Shown piece by piece: positions 47,663 to 57,192 of a DNA stretch of 64,000 nt (within the stretch, counting starts at the first letter, position 1; each line of letters starts with the position of its first letter). Source of the stretch: Candidatus Saccharibacteria bacterium UBA6040 (GTDB lineage: Bacteria > Patescibacteriota > Saccharimonadia > Saccharimonadales > Saccharimonadaceae); NCBI GenBank assembly GCA_002429245.1, contig DIZA01000002.1, positions 44,350-108,349 on the forward strand, in the 5' to 3' direction. The position numbers and the translations under genes are program-made. Below the pieces are notes generated by a model. It was not told where the DNA came from. It searched no databases and saw only the letters and a program-made list of their open reading frames with translations.

Positions 47663-47910
47663 TCGAGATCAACTATCTGGTAGTGAGGCGTGGATTCTAG
47701 GAACACATTAACCAACCTAGAGCACCTTCCTCAAAAAACAACACCTCCCAAACTCCACCTCACATAAGTCTCTCAACAAGTTTTAGTCCTGAACGTTAAA
47801 TGGGTATGAGTTGCATTCTGCAGCCCCCATGTTCTTCACTAAAACTGACTTTTTAAAACAAACACACCTTGCGAAAACAAACAGCTTCACTATCAGTTAG
47901 GTGATCTCGA
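47663..47910 (+). ncRNA. Unassigned 248-nt structured element between mraZ and rsmH
   Basis: 27-nt arms 47663-47689/47884-47910 (23 WC, 2 G-U on +, 2 mismatches); internal hairpins 47696-47721 and 47779-47846. Confidence 0.55.
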
Positions 47911-47946
47911 ACGTCTTACAGCGTACCAAATGGTATACTGTAGGCA

Positions 47947-48840
47947 ATGAGTAAAGAATATCCACCACATCATATTCCGGTTCTGCTTGATGCAACCCTA
48001 AAAACCCTTGATCCCAAGGAAGGCGAGACATATCTCGACCTGACTGCAGGCTACGGAGGTCACGCGGGTGAAATCTTAAAGCTAACAGGAAATTTCGAGG
48101 GTAGCGTTCTTGTTGATCGTGATGACTATGCTATTGAGCATTTGTCTGACTACGAAAACAAAGGCGTCCGTCTTATGCATACCGACTTTGAATCCGCTGC
48201 ACGTCAGCTGGTCTTGGAAGGGAAGACATTTGACCTTATCCTGATAGATCTGGGGGTGTCGTCACCACAGCTCGATCAGAGCAACCGAGGGTTTTCTTTT
48301 AAAAATAGTGGTCCGCTAGATATGCGCATGGATCGTCGACAACCATTGTCGGCACACGATCTGATACAAGGTGCATCTCTAGATGAACTGACAAGGATTA
48401 TTCATGAATACGGTGAAGAACCGTACATGAATGCAAAGCATATTGCTGAGCTGATCATTGCCAATCGACCATTCAGTTCCACTGAAGACCTCGCTAGACT
48501 GATCGCAGAAAACCAACGAGGCGCACGATGGACGCAAAGAATCCATCCCGCCACGCGCACATTCCAATCGCTCCGCATTGCCGTCAACGACGAGCTCGGG
48601 CAAATTGAAAGAACCTTACCGTTACTTCCGAAACTGCTCACAAAGCAGGGGAAAGTAGCAGTGATCAGCTTTCACAGCCTTGAAGACCGACTCGTTAAGC
48701 GTTTTTTCAAAGATCAATTTGAGCTAGGCCTTGAAGCCGAACTCGAACCAATCACGAAGAAGCCGATTCCAGGAGCCACTGAAGACGTTCACAATCCGCG
48801 TTCTCGTAGTGCAAAGCTACGGGTCGCCGTGAAAAAATAA
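47947..48840 (+). CDS. rsmH: 16S rRNA m4C1402 methyltransferase
   Basis: HIPVLL, DLTAGYGGH, DLGVSSPQLD, GPLDMRMD, NPRSRSAKLR. Confidence 0.98.
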   Translation: MSKEYPPHHIPVLLDATLKTLDPKEGETYLDLTAGYGGHAGEILKLTGNFEGSVLVDRDDYAIEHLSDYENKGVRLMHTDFESAARQLVLEGKTFDLILIDLGVSSPQLDQSNRGFSFKNSGPLDMRMDRRQPLSAHDLIQGASLDELTRIIHEYGEEPYMNAKHIAELIIANRPFSSTEDLARLIAENQRGARWTQRIHPATRTFQSLRIAVNDELGQIERTLPLLPKLLTKQGKVAVISFHSLEDRLVKRFFKDQFELGLEAELEPITKKPIPGATEDVHNPRSRSAKLRVAVKK

Positions 48841-48867
48841 ACAAAAACAGGGAAAGGGCAAAACACC

Positions 48868-48933
48868 ATGCCAATTCACATCACAGTACAGTACTCAGAC
48901 CAACCACAAATTGTGGCAGTTCGAGTAAAGTAA
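48868..48933 (+). CDS. Unannotated 21-aa ORF MPIHITVQYSDQPQIVAVRVK
   Basis: Purine-rich GGGAAAGGG upstream; followed by a 14-bp hairpin. Confidence 0.4.
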   Translation: MPIHITVQYSDQPQIVAVRVK

Positions 48934-48943
48934 CCAGAACAGT

Positions 48944-48974
48944 CTAACCAGGGGGCGGTGCGCCTCCTGGTTGG
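48944..48974 (+). terminator. GC-rich hairpin without U tail inside the dcw cluster
   Basis: CTAACCAGGGGGCG-GTG-CGCCTCCTGGTTGG. Confidence 0.6.
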
Positions 48975-49070
48975 GCACCATATACACGCACCAAAAACCA
49001 CCACAAAAATAAACAAAGAAAATACACTGCACGCTCTCATTCTATGATTGCGCTGCGCGCAAATACCACT

Positions 49071-49421
49071 ATGTCGCAAACACAAAATAATTATTACACG
49101 AGCCGTCGACAGCAGAATTGGTCCAGGAACCAAAACACAACTCGATTTAAATCGTCAGTGAAACTCGGGCCAGTTGCGCATACTGTTCTTGTTGCGTTGA
49201 TGATTACCGTTCTCGGTCTTATCTATTTAACTCAAGCAACGAGGGCGACAGGCTACGACTACCAATCACAAAAGATCGATAGTCAGATCGCTGACCTCAA
49301 CAACCAGAAGAGCGATCTTCAAATTGAAAACGCTCGTCTGACTGCACTATCGACAGTCAAGGATAGCAGTGTCGCCCGTGAAGTGACGACCCCCGCTAGT
49401 ACAGATTACGTCCAACAATAA
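49071..49421 (+). CDS. ftsL: FtsL-like cell division protein
   Basis: Position between rsmH and PBP; TM followed by coiled coil. Confidence 0.7.
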   Translation: MSQTQNNYYTSRRQQNWSRNQNTTRFKSSVKLGPVAHTVLVALMITVLGLIYLTQATRATGYDYQSQKIDSQIADLNNQKSDLQIENARLTALSTVKDSSVAREVTTPASTDYVQQ

Positions 49422-49437
49422 GTTATAATAATACACA

Positions 49438-51192
49438 ATGAACCTAGAACTGCTTAAGGGAAGCCGCACCCGAATATTGGCTACCGTGATACTTGTTATC
49501 GTAGCTATTTTTGTCGTGCGCCTTTTTTATCTACAGGTGATTAGGCATGACTATTATGTCGGAGTCGCAAAACAAACTCAGGAGAGTCGGTTCATCATTC
49601 CAGCTAGTCGCGGCGAGATCTACGCAATGAATGGTGATATACCGGATCAAATCGTGATGAACGAAAGTGTCTACACCGTCTTCGCTGACCCGTTTACCGT
49701 CGACGATAAGACTAAGGTCGTTGACTCTCTAAAACAAATTGCCGGTGGCAATGTTCGCCCGAATTTTGATCAACTTCTTGATTTGAAACAAACACGCTAT
49801 CAAATACTCGCAAATAAGCTGACGCGTACACAAGCTGACAAGCTAAAGGCACTTAACCTTCAAGGTATTGGCTTTCAAGAAGTGAGTCAGCGTGTTTATC
49901 CTGAGGGTGCGCTGGCAGCACAGGTGCTTGGATTCGTCGATACGAACGGAGCTGGTCAGTATGGCATCGAGCAATATGAAAATGATGCGCTGAATGGTAA
50001 AAACGGACTTTTACAGGCAGTGACAGACGTCAGTAAAGTGCCACTTACAATTGGTAAGGACAATACGAGTATTCCTGCGCAAAATGGAAAAAATATTGTG
50101 TTGACGATTGATAGGAATGTACAGTCACAGGTCGAAAATATCCTTGCTACTGACATGCAAAAATTGAACGTTAAAAATGGGAGTGTGTTAGTCATGAACC
50201 CAAACAATGGGAAAGTGCTCGCCATGGCAAATAACCCATCTTTTGATCCCGCAAACTACGGACAAGTAGCCGATCCTGCCGACTTTAATAACAATACAGT
50301 TTCTGCACCTTACGAACCGGGTTCAGACGTGAAAACCTATACCTTGGCAACGGGCATCGACAAAGGTGTCGTAAAGGCAAGTGATACCTACAATAACACC
50401 GATCACATCAAAGTCGAGGATATTACTGTTTCAAACGCGACGCTTGGTCATACGGGTAATATTACTTTCCAAACGGCCTTAACGTGGTCACTCAATACAG
50501 GATTTGTAACGGTTGCTGAGAGACTTGGAGATGGAAAGAATATTACCAAGAGTGCCCGTGACGTCATGTACGACTACTTTCATAATCGATTTGGACTGGG
50601 AAGCCTGACGGGAATTGAGCTGGCAAATGAGCAAGCTGGAACAGTTATCTCGCCCGACGATCCAAGTGGGCAGGGTAATGCGGTACGTTACTCTAACATG
50701 GCCTTTGGTCAGGGGCTCGACGCAACCTTGATTCAAGTTTCTTCTGGGTTTAGTGCGATCGTTAATGGTGGGAACTACTACAAACCAACAGTGATCAACG
50801 GCTATATGAGTGATGATGGGACATTCCAGAAAGTTGCAGATCCCTCGCCGCTCCGTACGAACATTATTCAGAAATCAACTTCTGCTCAAATTAAAGAGGC
50901 AACTCATGATGCGCGGGCTGTGTCATTTGGTCGGACAGACAAGCCTGGCTACTACATCGGAGGAAAGACCGGAACTTCACAGGTGATCGTAAATGGGCAG
51001 TATAGTAATACCGAAACAGTCGGCACGTATCTCGGTTTTGGTGGAGGTAGTGAAGATTCGACGCAATATGTCATAATGGTACAAGTATCAGGCAAAGATC
51101 AGATTCTTGGAGGGGCTCAAGAAGCGCTCCCGATTTTCACTGATATCTCTAACTGGATGCTTGGATATTTAAAGATCCAACCGAAAGGCTAA
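49438..51192 (+). CDS. ftsI: Class B penicillin-binding protein (FtsI/PBP2-like)
   Basis: ASRGEI, YEPGSDVK (SxxK), SLN (SxN), KTGT. Confidence 0.92.
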   Translation: MNLELLKGSRTRILATVILVIVAIFVVRLFYLQVIRHDYYVGVAKQTQESRFIIPASRGEIYAMNGDIPDQIVMNESVYTVFADPFTVDDKTKVVDSLKQIAGGNVRPNFDQLLDLKQTRYQILANKLTRTQADKLKALNLQGIGFQEVSQRVYPEGALAAQVLGFVDTNGAGQYGIEQYENDALNGKNGLLQAVTDVSKVPLTIGKDNTSIPAQNGKNIVLTIDRNVQSQVENILATDMQKLNVKNGSVLVMNPNNGKVLAMANNPSFDPANYGQVADPADFNNNTVSAPYEPGSDVKTYTLATGIDKGVVKASDTYNNTDHIKVEDITVSNATLGHTGNITFQTALTWSLNTGFVTVAERLGDGKNITKSARDVMYDYFHNRFGLGSLTGIELANEQAGTVISPDDPSGQGNAVRYSNMAFGQGLDATLIQVSSGFSAIVNGGNYYKPTVINGYMSDDGTFQKVADPSPLRTNIIQKSTSAQIKEATHDARAVSFGRTDKPGYYIGGKTGTSQVIVNGQYSNTETVGTYLGFGGGSEDSTQYVIMVQVSGKDQILGGAQEALPIFTDISNWMLGYLKIQPKG

Positions 51193-51197
51193 CAAAC

Positions 51198-52232
51198 ATG
51201 AATATAACTGTCCAAATCCTCACCAGCGAATTAACCCGAACCTTCCTTCTGAGTGTCGGCGCATTCCTTTTTGCTATGTTCTTGACGCCGATTTATACGT
51301 TTGTTGCGTATCGTTTTAAATTCTGGAAAAAGCAACGCAAAACCAGTACGACAGGGGAAGTGCTGTCTGTCTTCACAAAGCTTCACGCCGATAAGTTCAA
51401 ACGTAATATTCCAACGATGGCGGGAATCATCTTTGTCTTTGCAATTACTTTTATCACGTTCTTCTTTAACCTTGATCGAAAAGAGACATGGTTGCCACTG
51501 GCTGCACTTCTTGGGGGCGCAGCTGTCGGACTGCTTGATGACATCATTAACCTTCGAGGAACAGGACAGGGTGTTGCAGGGCTTCGTTCGAGCTTGAAGT
51601 TTATGATGATCACCGTTGTTGGTCTTGTGCTGGGCTGGTTCTTCTATGCGAAGCTTGGTATTGATGCTGTTCACATTCCATTTCTCGGCGACATTGCACT
51701 TGGATGGGGGATCGTTCCTCTGTTTGCCTTTGCGGTTGTTGCGGCCGGTAACGCAGTCAACATTAGTGATGGGCTTGATGGACTCGCTGGTGGCTTGGCA
51801 GTGATTGCCTATGGCGCTTTTGGAACGATTGCCATTTTACAGGGGACGCCGTTAATCGCTGGATTTTGTTTCACGGTTGCTGGTGCGCTGTTGAGCTATC
51901 TTTGGTTTAATATTCACCCGGCTCGCTTCTTTATGGGTGACGTGGGAAGCTTCGCGCTCGGTGCTTCACTGGGTGTTGTCGCAATGTTAACAAATACATT
52001 ATTGCTTCTGCCGGTGATCGGGATTGTCTTTGTGGTTGAAGCGGGTTCAAGTGCGCTTCAGATCTTTAGCAAGAAAGTCTTTAAGCGAAAAATCTTCCTA
52101 TCTGCACCGGTTCATCATCACTTGGAAGCAAGTGGTTGGCCTGAAACAAAGGTCACGATGCGTTTCTGGGTCATCGCTGCCGTCGCCGCATTCTTTGGAG
52201 TTATGCTGGCAGTTGCTGGAGGCAACATTTAA
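51198..52232 (+). CDS. mraY: Phospho-N-acetylmuramoyl-pentapeptide transferase
   Basis: PTMAG, NAVNISDGLDGLA, FMGDVGS, APVHHHLE. Confidence 0.98.
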   Translation: MNITVQILTSELTRTFLLSVGAFLFAMFLTPIYTFVAYRFKFWKKQRKTSTTGEVLSVFTKLHADKFKRNIPTMAGIIFVFAITFITFFFNLDRKETWLPLAALLGGAAVGLLDDIINLRGTGQGVAGLRSSLKFMMITVVGLVLGWFFYAKLGIDAVHIPFLGDIALGWGIVPLFAFAVVAAGNAVNISDGLDGLAGGLAVIAYGAFGTIAILQGTPLIAGFCFTVAGALLSYLWFNIHPARFFMGDVGSFALGASLGVVAMLTNTLLLLPVIGIVFVVEAGSSALQIFSKKVFKRKIFLSAPVHHHLEASGWPETKVTMRFWVIAAVAAFFGVMLAVAGGNI

Positions 52233-53536
52233 TGTCCCTCCGGAGTGGTGGGGGTGGGCGTCATTCACTTCGGTCAAAAGAGACTGTTAATGGAATTGTC
52301 ACTCGTCGGCATCGTCCCGATTACATGATTGTCCTTTTTATGGGGCTGTTGATGTTGATTGGACTGATCACGCTCTATGCCATTGGGCCACAGCGTGCAA
52401 ATGTCCTAAATAACTCATATGGAAGTAGTTATGGTTCGACGTACTTCTTTGTAAAGCAGATCATTAGCCTAGCAATTGCCTTGATTGGCTTTTTTATATT
52501 TTCAACGATTCCTTATGAACGGGTTATCAAACAGGGTAAAAAACTACTTTGGATTGGTTTTGGGCTATGTACGGTTTTATTTCTTGCAGGCGCAGCTCAC
52601 CTGAGCATTGCACCAGCAACACTTGGTGCGGTGAGGTGGTTTCAGCTCGGTACGATCGGAAGTGTCCAGCCAGCTGAAATGCTTAAATTTGGCATTCTTG
52701 TATTCCTTGGAGGATTTATTGGAACTCGCGCCAAACAGGGCCTCATCAATGACCGCTATAAAACGCTTATACCTGTGGCAGCGGTGACGATGCTCGCGTT
52801 GCTGTTCGTTGTCGTGTTACAAAAAGACCTCGGTACTGGTGTCGCGATTGCGGGTATGATTGCTGCAATGATGATGATCGCGGGAGTAAACAAACGTATC
52901 GGAGTTATCGCCCTCGCTGCATTGCTATTGATTGGTGTTATCTTTATCTTGATCGCCCCACACCGTGTGCAGCGAATTGTCACCTATGTTGGTGGTTCGG
53001 ACTCAACAGGCGGGAGTAGCTATCAAATAGATAATGCCTTAATCGCAATTGGCACCGGTGGCCCCTTCGGTGTCGGTATTGGGAATAGCGTACAGGCAAG
53101 CGGGTATCTGCCCGAAGCAACAAATGACTCCGTCTTTGCAATCATGGGAGAGATCTTTGGATTTGTTGGATTAATGATTATTCTGTTGATCTTGTTCAGC
53201 CTCTTAATGCGCCTCTTGTCGATTATGGATCACTTGGTTGATATTCGCCTCAAACTGCTCGTTGCGGGCGTGTTTGGCTGGTTTGGTGCCCATGTTATTC
53301 TTAATATATCGGCAATCATCGGTGTATTCCCGCTGACAGGTATTACACTGCCGTTACTGAGCTTTGGTGGTACCAGTATGATATTCCTTACAGCAGCACT
53401 CGGGCTGGTATTTCAATTATCTAGGTACACCGTACATTCATCAAGATTATCAAACGTAGGAGACAACAAGCATGAAGATTCTCGCAGTGGGCGGCGGATC
53501 GGGCGGACACGTTACGCCAGTCGTCGCAGTTCTTAA
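52232..53536 (+). CDS. ftsW: SEDS peptidoglycan glycosyltransferase FtsW
   Basis: RWFQLG, QPAEMLK, QKDLGT, LPEATNDSVF, GITLPLLSFGGTS. Confidence 0.95.
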   Translation: MSLRSGGGGRHSLRSKETVNGIVTRRHRPDYMIVLFMGLLMLIGLITLYAIGPQRANVLNNSYGSSYGSTYFFVKQIISLAIALIGFFIFSTIPYERVIKQGKKLLWIGFGLCTVLFLAGAAHLSIAPATLGAVRWFQLGTIGSVQPAEMLKFGILVFLGGFIGTRAKQGLINDRYKTLIPVAAVTMLALLFVVVLQKDLGTGVAIAGMIAAMMMIAGVNKRIGVIALAALLLIGVIFILIAPHRVQRIVTYVGGSDSTGGSSYQIDNALIAIGTGGPFGVGIGNSVQASGYLPEATNDSVFAIMGEIFGFVGLMIILLILFSLLMRLLSIMDHLVDIRLKLLVAGVFGWFGAHVILNISAIIGVFPLTGITLPLLSFGGTSMIFLTAALGLVFQLSRYTVHSSRLSNVGDNKHEDSRSGRRIGRTRYASRRSS

Positions 53537-54623
53537 AGAAATCAGGGCTATGCATCCAAAAGCCGAGCTTCGCTTTTGGTGTGACACGAAGTTTGCTCCT
53601 CAAGCACGGGCAACCGTTGAGGCATTTGATGCTACCATTCCCGTGCACACGATTGTGGCAGGAAAGTTTCGTCGCTATTATCACTTAACTGTATTCCAAC
53701 AATTAACCTGGCCATCATTAGTGCTTAAGAATGTAGGTGATGCGTTCAAGGTTGGCATCGGCTTTGTTCAGAGTTTCTTTAAGCTCATTTTTTGGCGTCC
53801 TGACGTCGTCTTCACTAAGGGCGGGTATGTCTGTTTGCCTGTTGGATTTGCAGCTCACTTGTTGCGGATTCCGTTGGTGATTCATGATTCCGATGCGCAT
53901 CCGGGTCTGACGAATCGTGTTCTATCGAAGTGGGCGACTGCGATTGGCACTGGTGCGCCATTAGAATACTATCCATACCCTAAGTCAAAAACGACCTATG
54001 TTGGTATCCCGATTGCGGCTGAATTTCACCCCTATACGGCCTCTGAGCAAATTGCGGCAAAAAAAGAGTGGGGAATTGCTACTGATCGACCGTTGATTGT
54101 TGTGACTGGCGGTGGGCTTGGTGCAACAAGAATTAACGAAGTAGTGGCAGAATCGTTGCGTTCATTACAACAATTAGGTTCAGTCGTGTTAGTTGCTGGA
54201 GCAGGGCAGTATGATGAACTTCGCTCTTTGATGCCAGCTGACAGTGAGCATTTTCAGCTGTATCCATTCGTCACAAATATGCATAGTTTGCTAGGAGCCT
54301 CTGATATTGTTGTCACGAGAGCCGGGGCAACGACGATTCTTGAACTTGCGGCCCTTGAAAAGCCAACGATCCTGATTCCAAATGGCAAACTTACCGGTGG
54401 ACACCAGCTGAAAAATGCGGCCGTGTATCAAGAAGCTGGGGCAGTTTCCGTACTTGATGAAGAGTTTCTCGTCGCTAATCCACAGCTATTAGCGAAAGAA
54501 ATTAAACTCCTTTTCTCTGAACCAAAAGAAACTGCCGCAATGGCACATCGTTTCAAAGCGTTCAGTAAACCTGACGCGTCGAAAGATATGGCAACAATGA
54601 TTATCAGGGCAGTGCGTTCGTAA
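53472..54623 (+). CDS. murG: MurG glycosyltransferase
   Basis: GGGSGGHVTP, KGGYV, GGGLGA, RAGATT, HQLKNA. Confidence 0.97.
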   Translation: MKILAVGGGSGGHVTPVVAVLKEIRAMHPKAELRFWCDTKFAPQARATVEAFDATIPVHTIVAGKFRRYYHLTVFQQLTWPSLVLKNVGDAFKVGIGFVQSFFKLIFWRPDVVFTKGGYVCLPVGFAAHLLRIPLVIHDSDAHPGLTNRVLSKWATAIGTGAPLEYYPYPKSKTTYVGIPIAAEFHPYTASEQIAAKKEWGIATDRPLIVVTGGGLGATRINEVVAESLRSLQQLGSVVLVAGAGQYDELRSLMPADSEHFQLYPFVTNMHSLLGASDIVVTRAGATTILELAALEKPTILIPNGKLTGGHQLKNAAVYQEAGAVSVLDEEFLVANPQLLAKEIKLLFSEPKETAAMAHRFKAFSKPDASKDMATMIIRAVRS

Positions 54624-54641
54624 GCTATAATAAACATAACT

Positions 54642-55562
54642 ATGATAAAGTTCAGATCTAAAGCGAAAAACGACGCTCCTCGTCGCAGGCAACATAATGG
54701 CGATTTTGTTCGTACTCCTGCTGTTCCAGACGCCGGGACGCAGTTTCGTCGCAATCAGACTCTGAGCGGTGTCCGTCGCCCCGAATCTGAACCCGTGTCT
54801 GAACGGACTCGCATGCACGCACTGGCGCGTCGTCGTCGGAACGTTGGGGCGATCTTTACGCTTGTCGTCGGCGTTATCATTGTGCTGGCTATCCTTTTGA
54901 GTCAGTTTACGGGGAACGTGATTGTCGCCGGCTCTTCACAAGCCGTTACACGTACCATTCAACCTTCGGCTTATGCGAAAGCGATTAACGACTATCTGGC
55001 GATTCACCCCGTCGAAAGACTTCGGTTTGCTTTAAATGAAACCGCGCTTAGTTTATACGTAACGGGCATTCTTCCTGAGGTATCGCACGTTTCTTTGACG
55101 AGTACGAGTAATGTCGTTGAGTCGAACTTTACCTTAACCTTCCGTAAACCTGTTGCTGGTTGGCAGATTAATGGGCATCAATACTACGTTGACGAGACGG
55201 GGGTCGTTTTTCAGAATAACTATTACGAAACCCCCACGGTGCAGATTGTTGACCAAAGTGGTGTCTCGCCAGAGCAAGGGACGATTGTTGCGAGTGCTCG
55301 CCTCCTGAGCTTCGTGGGAAGGGTTGTTGCGCTGGCAGGGCAGGGGAGTTATACCGTGACGCAGGCTATCCTTCCGTCTGGTACAACTCGTGAAATCGAT
55401 ATCCAATTAAAAGATGTACAGCCGTTAATAAAATTATCGATCGACAGGGGAGCGGGGGAGCAGGTTGAGGATATGACTCGGTCACTGAATTACTTGAAGT
55501 CTGTGGGGCGTGGTGCGCAGTACGTTGATGTACGCGTGTCGGGCCGAGCCGTATACCAATAA
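54642..55562 (+). CDS. ftsQ: FtsQ/DivIB-like cell division protein
   Basis: One TM, POTRA-like region, C-terminal YVDVRVSGRAVY; follows murG. Confidence 0.75.
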   Translation: MIKFRSKAKNDAPRRRQHNGDFVRTPAVPDAGTQFRRNQTLSGVRRPESEPVSERTRMHALARRRRNVGAIFTLVVGVIIVLAILLSQFTGNVIVAGSSQAVTRTIQPSAYAKAINDYLAIHPVERLRFALNETALSLYVTGILPEVSHVSLTSTSNVVESNFTLTFRKPVAGWQINGHQYYVDETGVVFQNNYYETPTVQIVDQSGVSPEQGTIVASARLLSFVGRVVALAGQGSYTVTQAILPSGTTREIDIQLKDVQPLIKLSIDRGAGEQVEDMTRSLNYLKSVGRGAQYVDVRVSGRAVYQ

Positions 55563-56228
55563 GCAAGCTCGTGACTATGTAGTAAAAATCATAGCCCCCC
55601 GCTCCTCTCTTTTCTCACACTCAATGTTCTATTTTTGTTCTACTGGTGTGTGTTTGTGAAAAAAACATATAACAATACACAAAACGCAAAATGTCAAAAA
55701 GCAGGGTAGTGGAGGAGAATAGGGGGAGTAGGAATTATTTCACGGGCCATGGTTAGGCCGCGGCGATTTGGATAAGTGTGGATAACTTATGTTGTAGTAT
55801 GTATTAAATGCGACATTAAATACAACACGATATAGACCTAAGGCTACATGCCATACATAGGCGTGGATATGATCGTAAATAACAGTGTAACAAGTATGTT
55901 TGTAAACGCATGCGTACAATAACAGTGGCAAACCTCCAGTACTACACTACTCCAGAGGTATAAGTAATCAACTATGATTAGTATAGTCTATGTCGTAAAA
56001 GATATATTGTGCGACGTTAAATCTATATTCATGTAGCTACCTACTAATCACACTTGCACTCGATTTATCCCACTGACTTTCGTGTTTTTGTTTTTAATTA
56101 TTGCTACTACGTCCTATCGCACTATGCATTCCGTTTCGTGGAATTGCCTGCGCGTTTATATATGTACGTAGCTTTGTTTTTATGGCTGTTCGATTATGTT
56201 CTATTTTTGTTCTATAAACTTTCAGAAC
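55563..56228. promoter_or_regulatory. AT-rich non-coding region with DnaA boxes and direct repeats
   Basis: TGTGGATAA 55777-55785, TTTGGATAA 55767-55775, TGTGAAAAA 55655-55663; 19-bp repeat 55624/56196; 13-bp near repeat 55809/56010. Confidence 0.55.
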
Positions 56229-56253
56229 AAAAAAAGCCTGTATGACGAGGCTT
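56229..56253 (-). terminator. Terminator of the zeta operon
   Basis: AAGCCT/AGGCTT stem followed by a T run on the - strand. Confidence 0.75.
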
Positions 56254-56281
56254 CCCTTTTGCGTATTGATTTACTTAGGCA

Positions 56282-56458
56282 CTAGCTTGCTTGGGCTTCA
56301 TGCACTCGTTTAAGAAGTTCTAATCTTTTTTCCATAGATCCCTTAACGGCTTCTTCTACATTGGATTTATCCTGGACATAATTAATAAGATCACGTTGTG
56401 ATAGCGTGGTTTTTGTTTTAGTATTTTTTAGTCCAAGTAGTTCAAAAAGTTTTTTCAT
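56282..56458 (-). CDS. Unannotated 58-aa protein translationally coupled to the zeta-like gene
   Basis: ATGA overlap at 56455-56458; MKKLFELLGLKNTKTKTTLSQRDLINYVQDKSNVEEAVKGSMEKRLELLKRVHEAQAS*. Confidence 0.75.
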   Translation of the reverse strand: MKKLFELLGLKNTKTKTTLSQRDLINYVQDKSNVEEAVKGSMEKRLELLKRVHEAQAS

Positions 56459-57192
56459 AACATTCTTTCCAATTCTTCAATATTATAACCTTGTTTGAGA
56501 AATGTGTCAATATCTTTGTCTTCATCTATGATATCATACTCTCTGATTCTTAATTCTTTCTGTTTTACGATCGTGATATCAAACCATTCATTCTTTTTAA
56601 ACCGCTTCACTGCCTCGCGGATATTTATGAATACATTTGAACATGATTCGAGAAACCCTGCTTTATCGATCCCTCTCTCTGTTTCGACTTCTCGAGATTG
56701 TGTGTACTGCCACGCTACTTCTGCTCTATCGTACATAAACACTAACAGTACCGCATAGCCTGCATCTAGAAGTCTTCCGACATTAGTAATTGATGCACCA
56801 GATTTTCCGGAAAATGTTCCGTCAATCAGCATATTATATCTACCTTTACGTAACGCGTCCACACATCTGGCAACTACCAGATTACCCTGACTGCGAAATA
56901 GTTTGTCGGTTTTTGGGGTATATTCTGGATAGAGTGATACGATTTGATCTAAATCAATATCTACAAATTTCAGATTCCCATAGGACTCGTCTTGCGAAAG
57001 CTTCTCCATGTACGATTGGAGGAATTCTGTTTTACCGGCGCCCGGGATTCCGGCCATAATGATAGCAACAGGGTGCTGACCGTCCTCTACGGGTTTTGCC
57101 TCGGAGTTTCGAATAAGTAGGTTAACGACATAGCGTTTTTGTCCTTCTTTGGAAAGTTTACTAAACTCGTCAGCGCCTATGTCTCGTTGCAT
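56455..57192 (-). CDS. Zeta-toxin family P-loop kinase
   Basis: AIIMAGIPGAGKT, IDLD, NMLIDGTF, R...ERGI; AT-rich. Confidence 0.8.
   Translation of the reverse strand: MQRDIGADEFSKLSKEGQKRYVVNLLIRNSEAKPVEDGQHPVAIIMAGIPGAGKTEFLQSYMEKLSQDESYGNLKFVDIDLDQIVSLYPEYTPKTDKLFRSQGNLVVARCVDALRKGRYNMLIDGTFSGKSGASITNVGRLLDAGYAVLLVFMYDRAEVAWQYTQSREVETERGIDKAGFLESCSNVFINIREAVKRFKKNEWFDITIVKQKELRIREYDIIDEDKDIDTFLKQGYNIEELERML

Noticed and set aside
55563-56280. Replication terminus or dif site at the strand switch
   Set aside because: No dif-like 11-6-11 site with a CATAA/TTATG core, and sampled lines remain G>C on the + strand on both sides.
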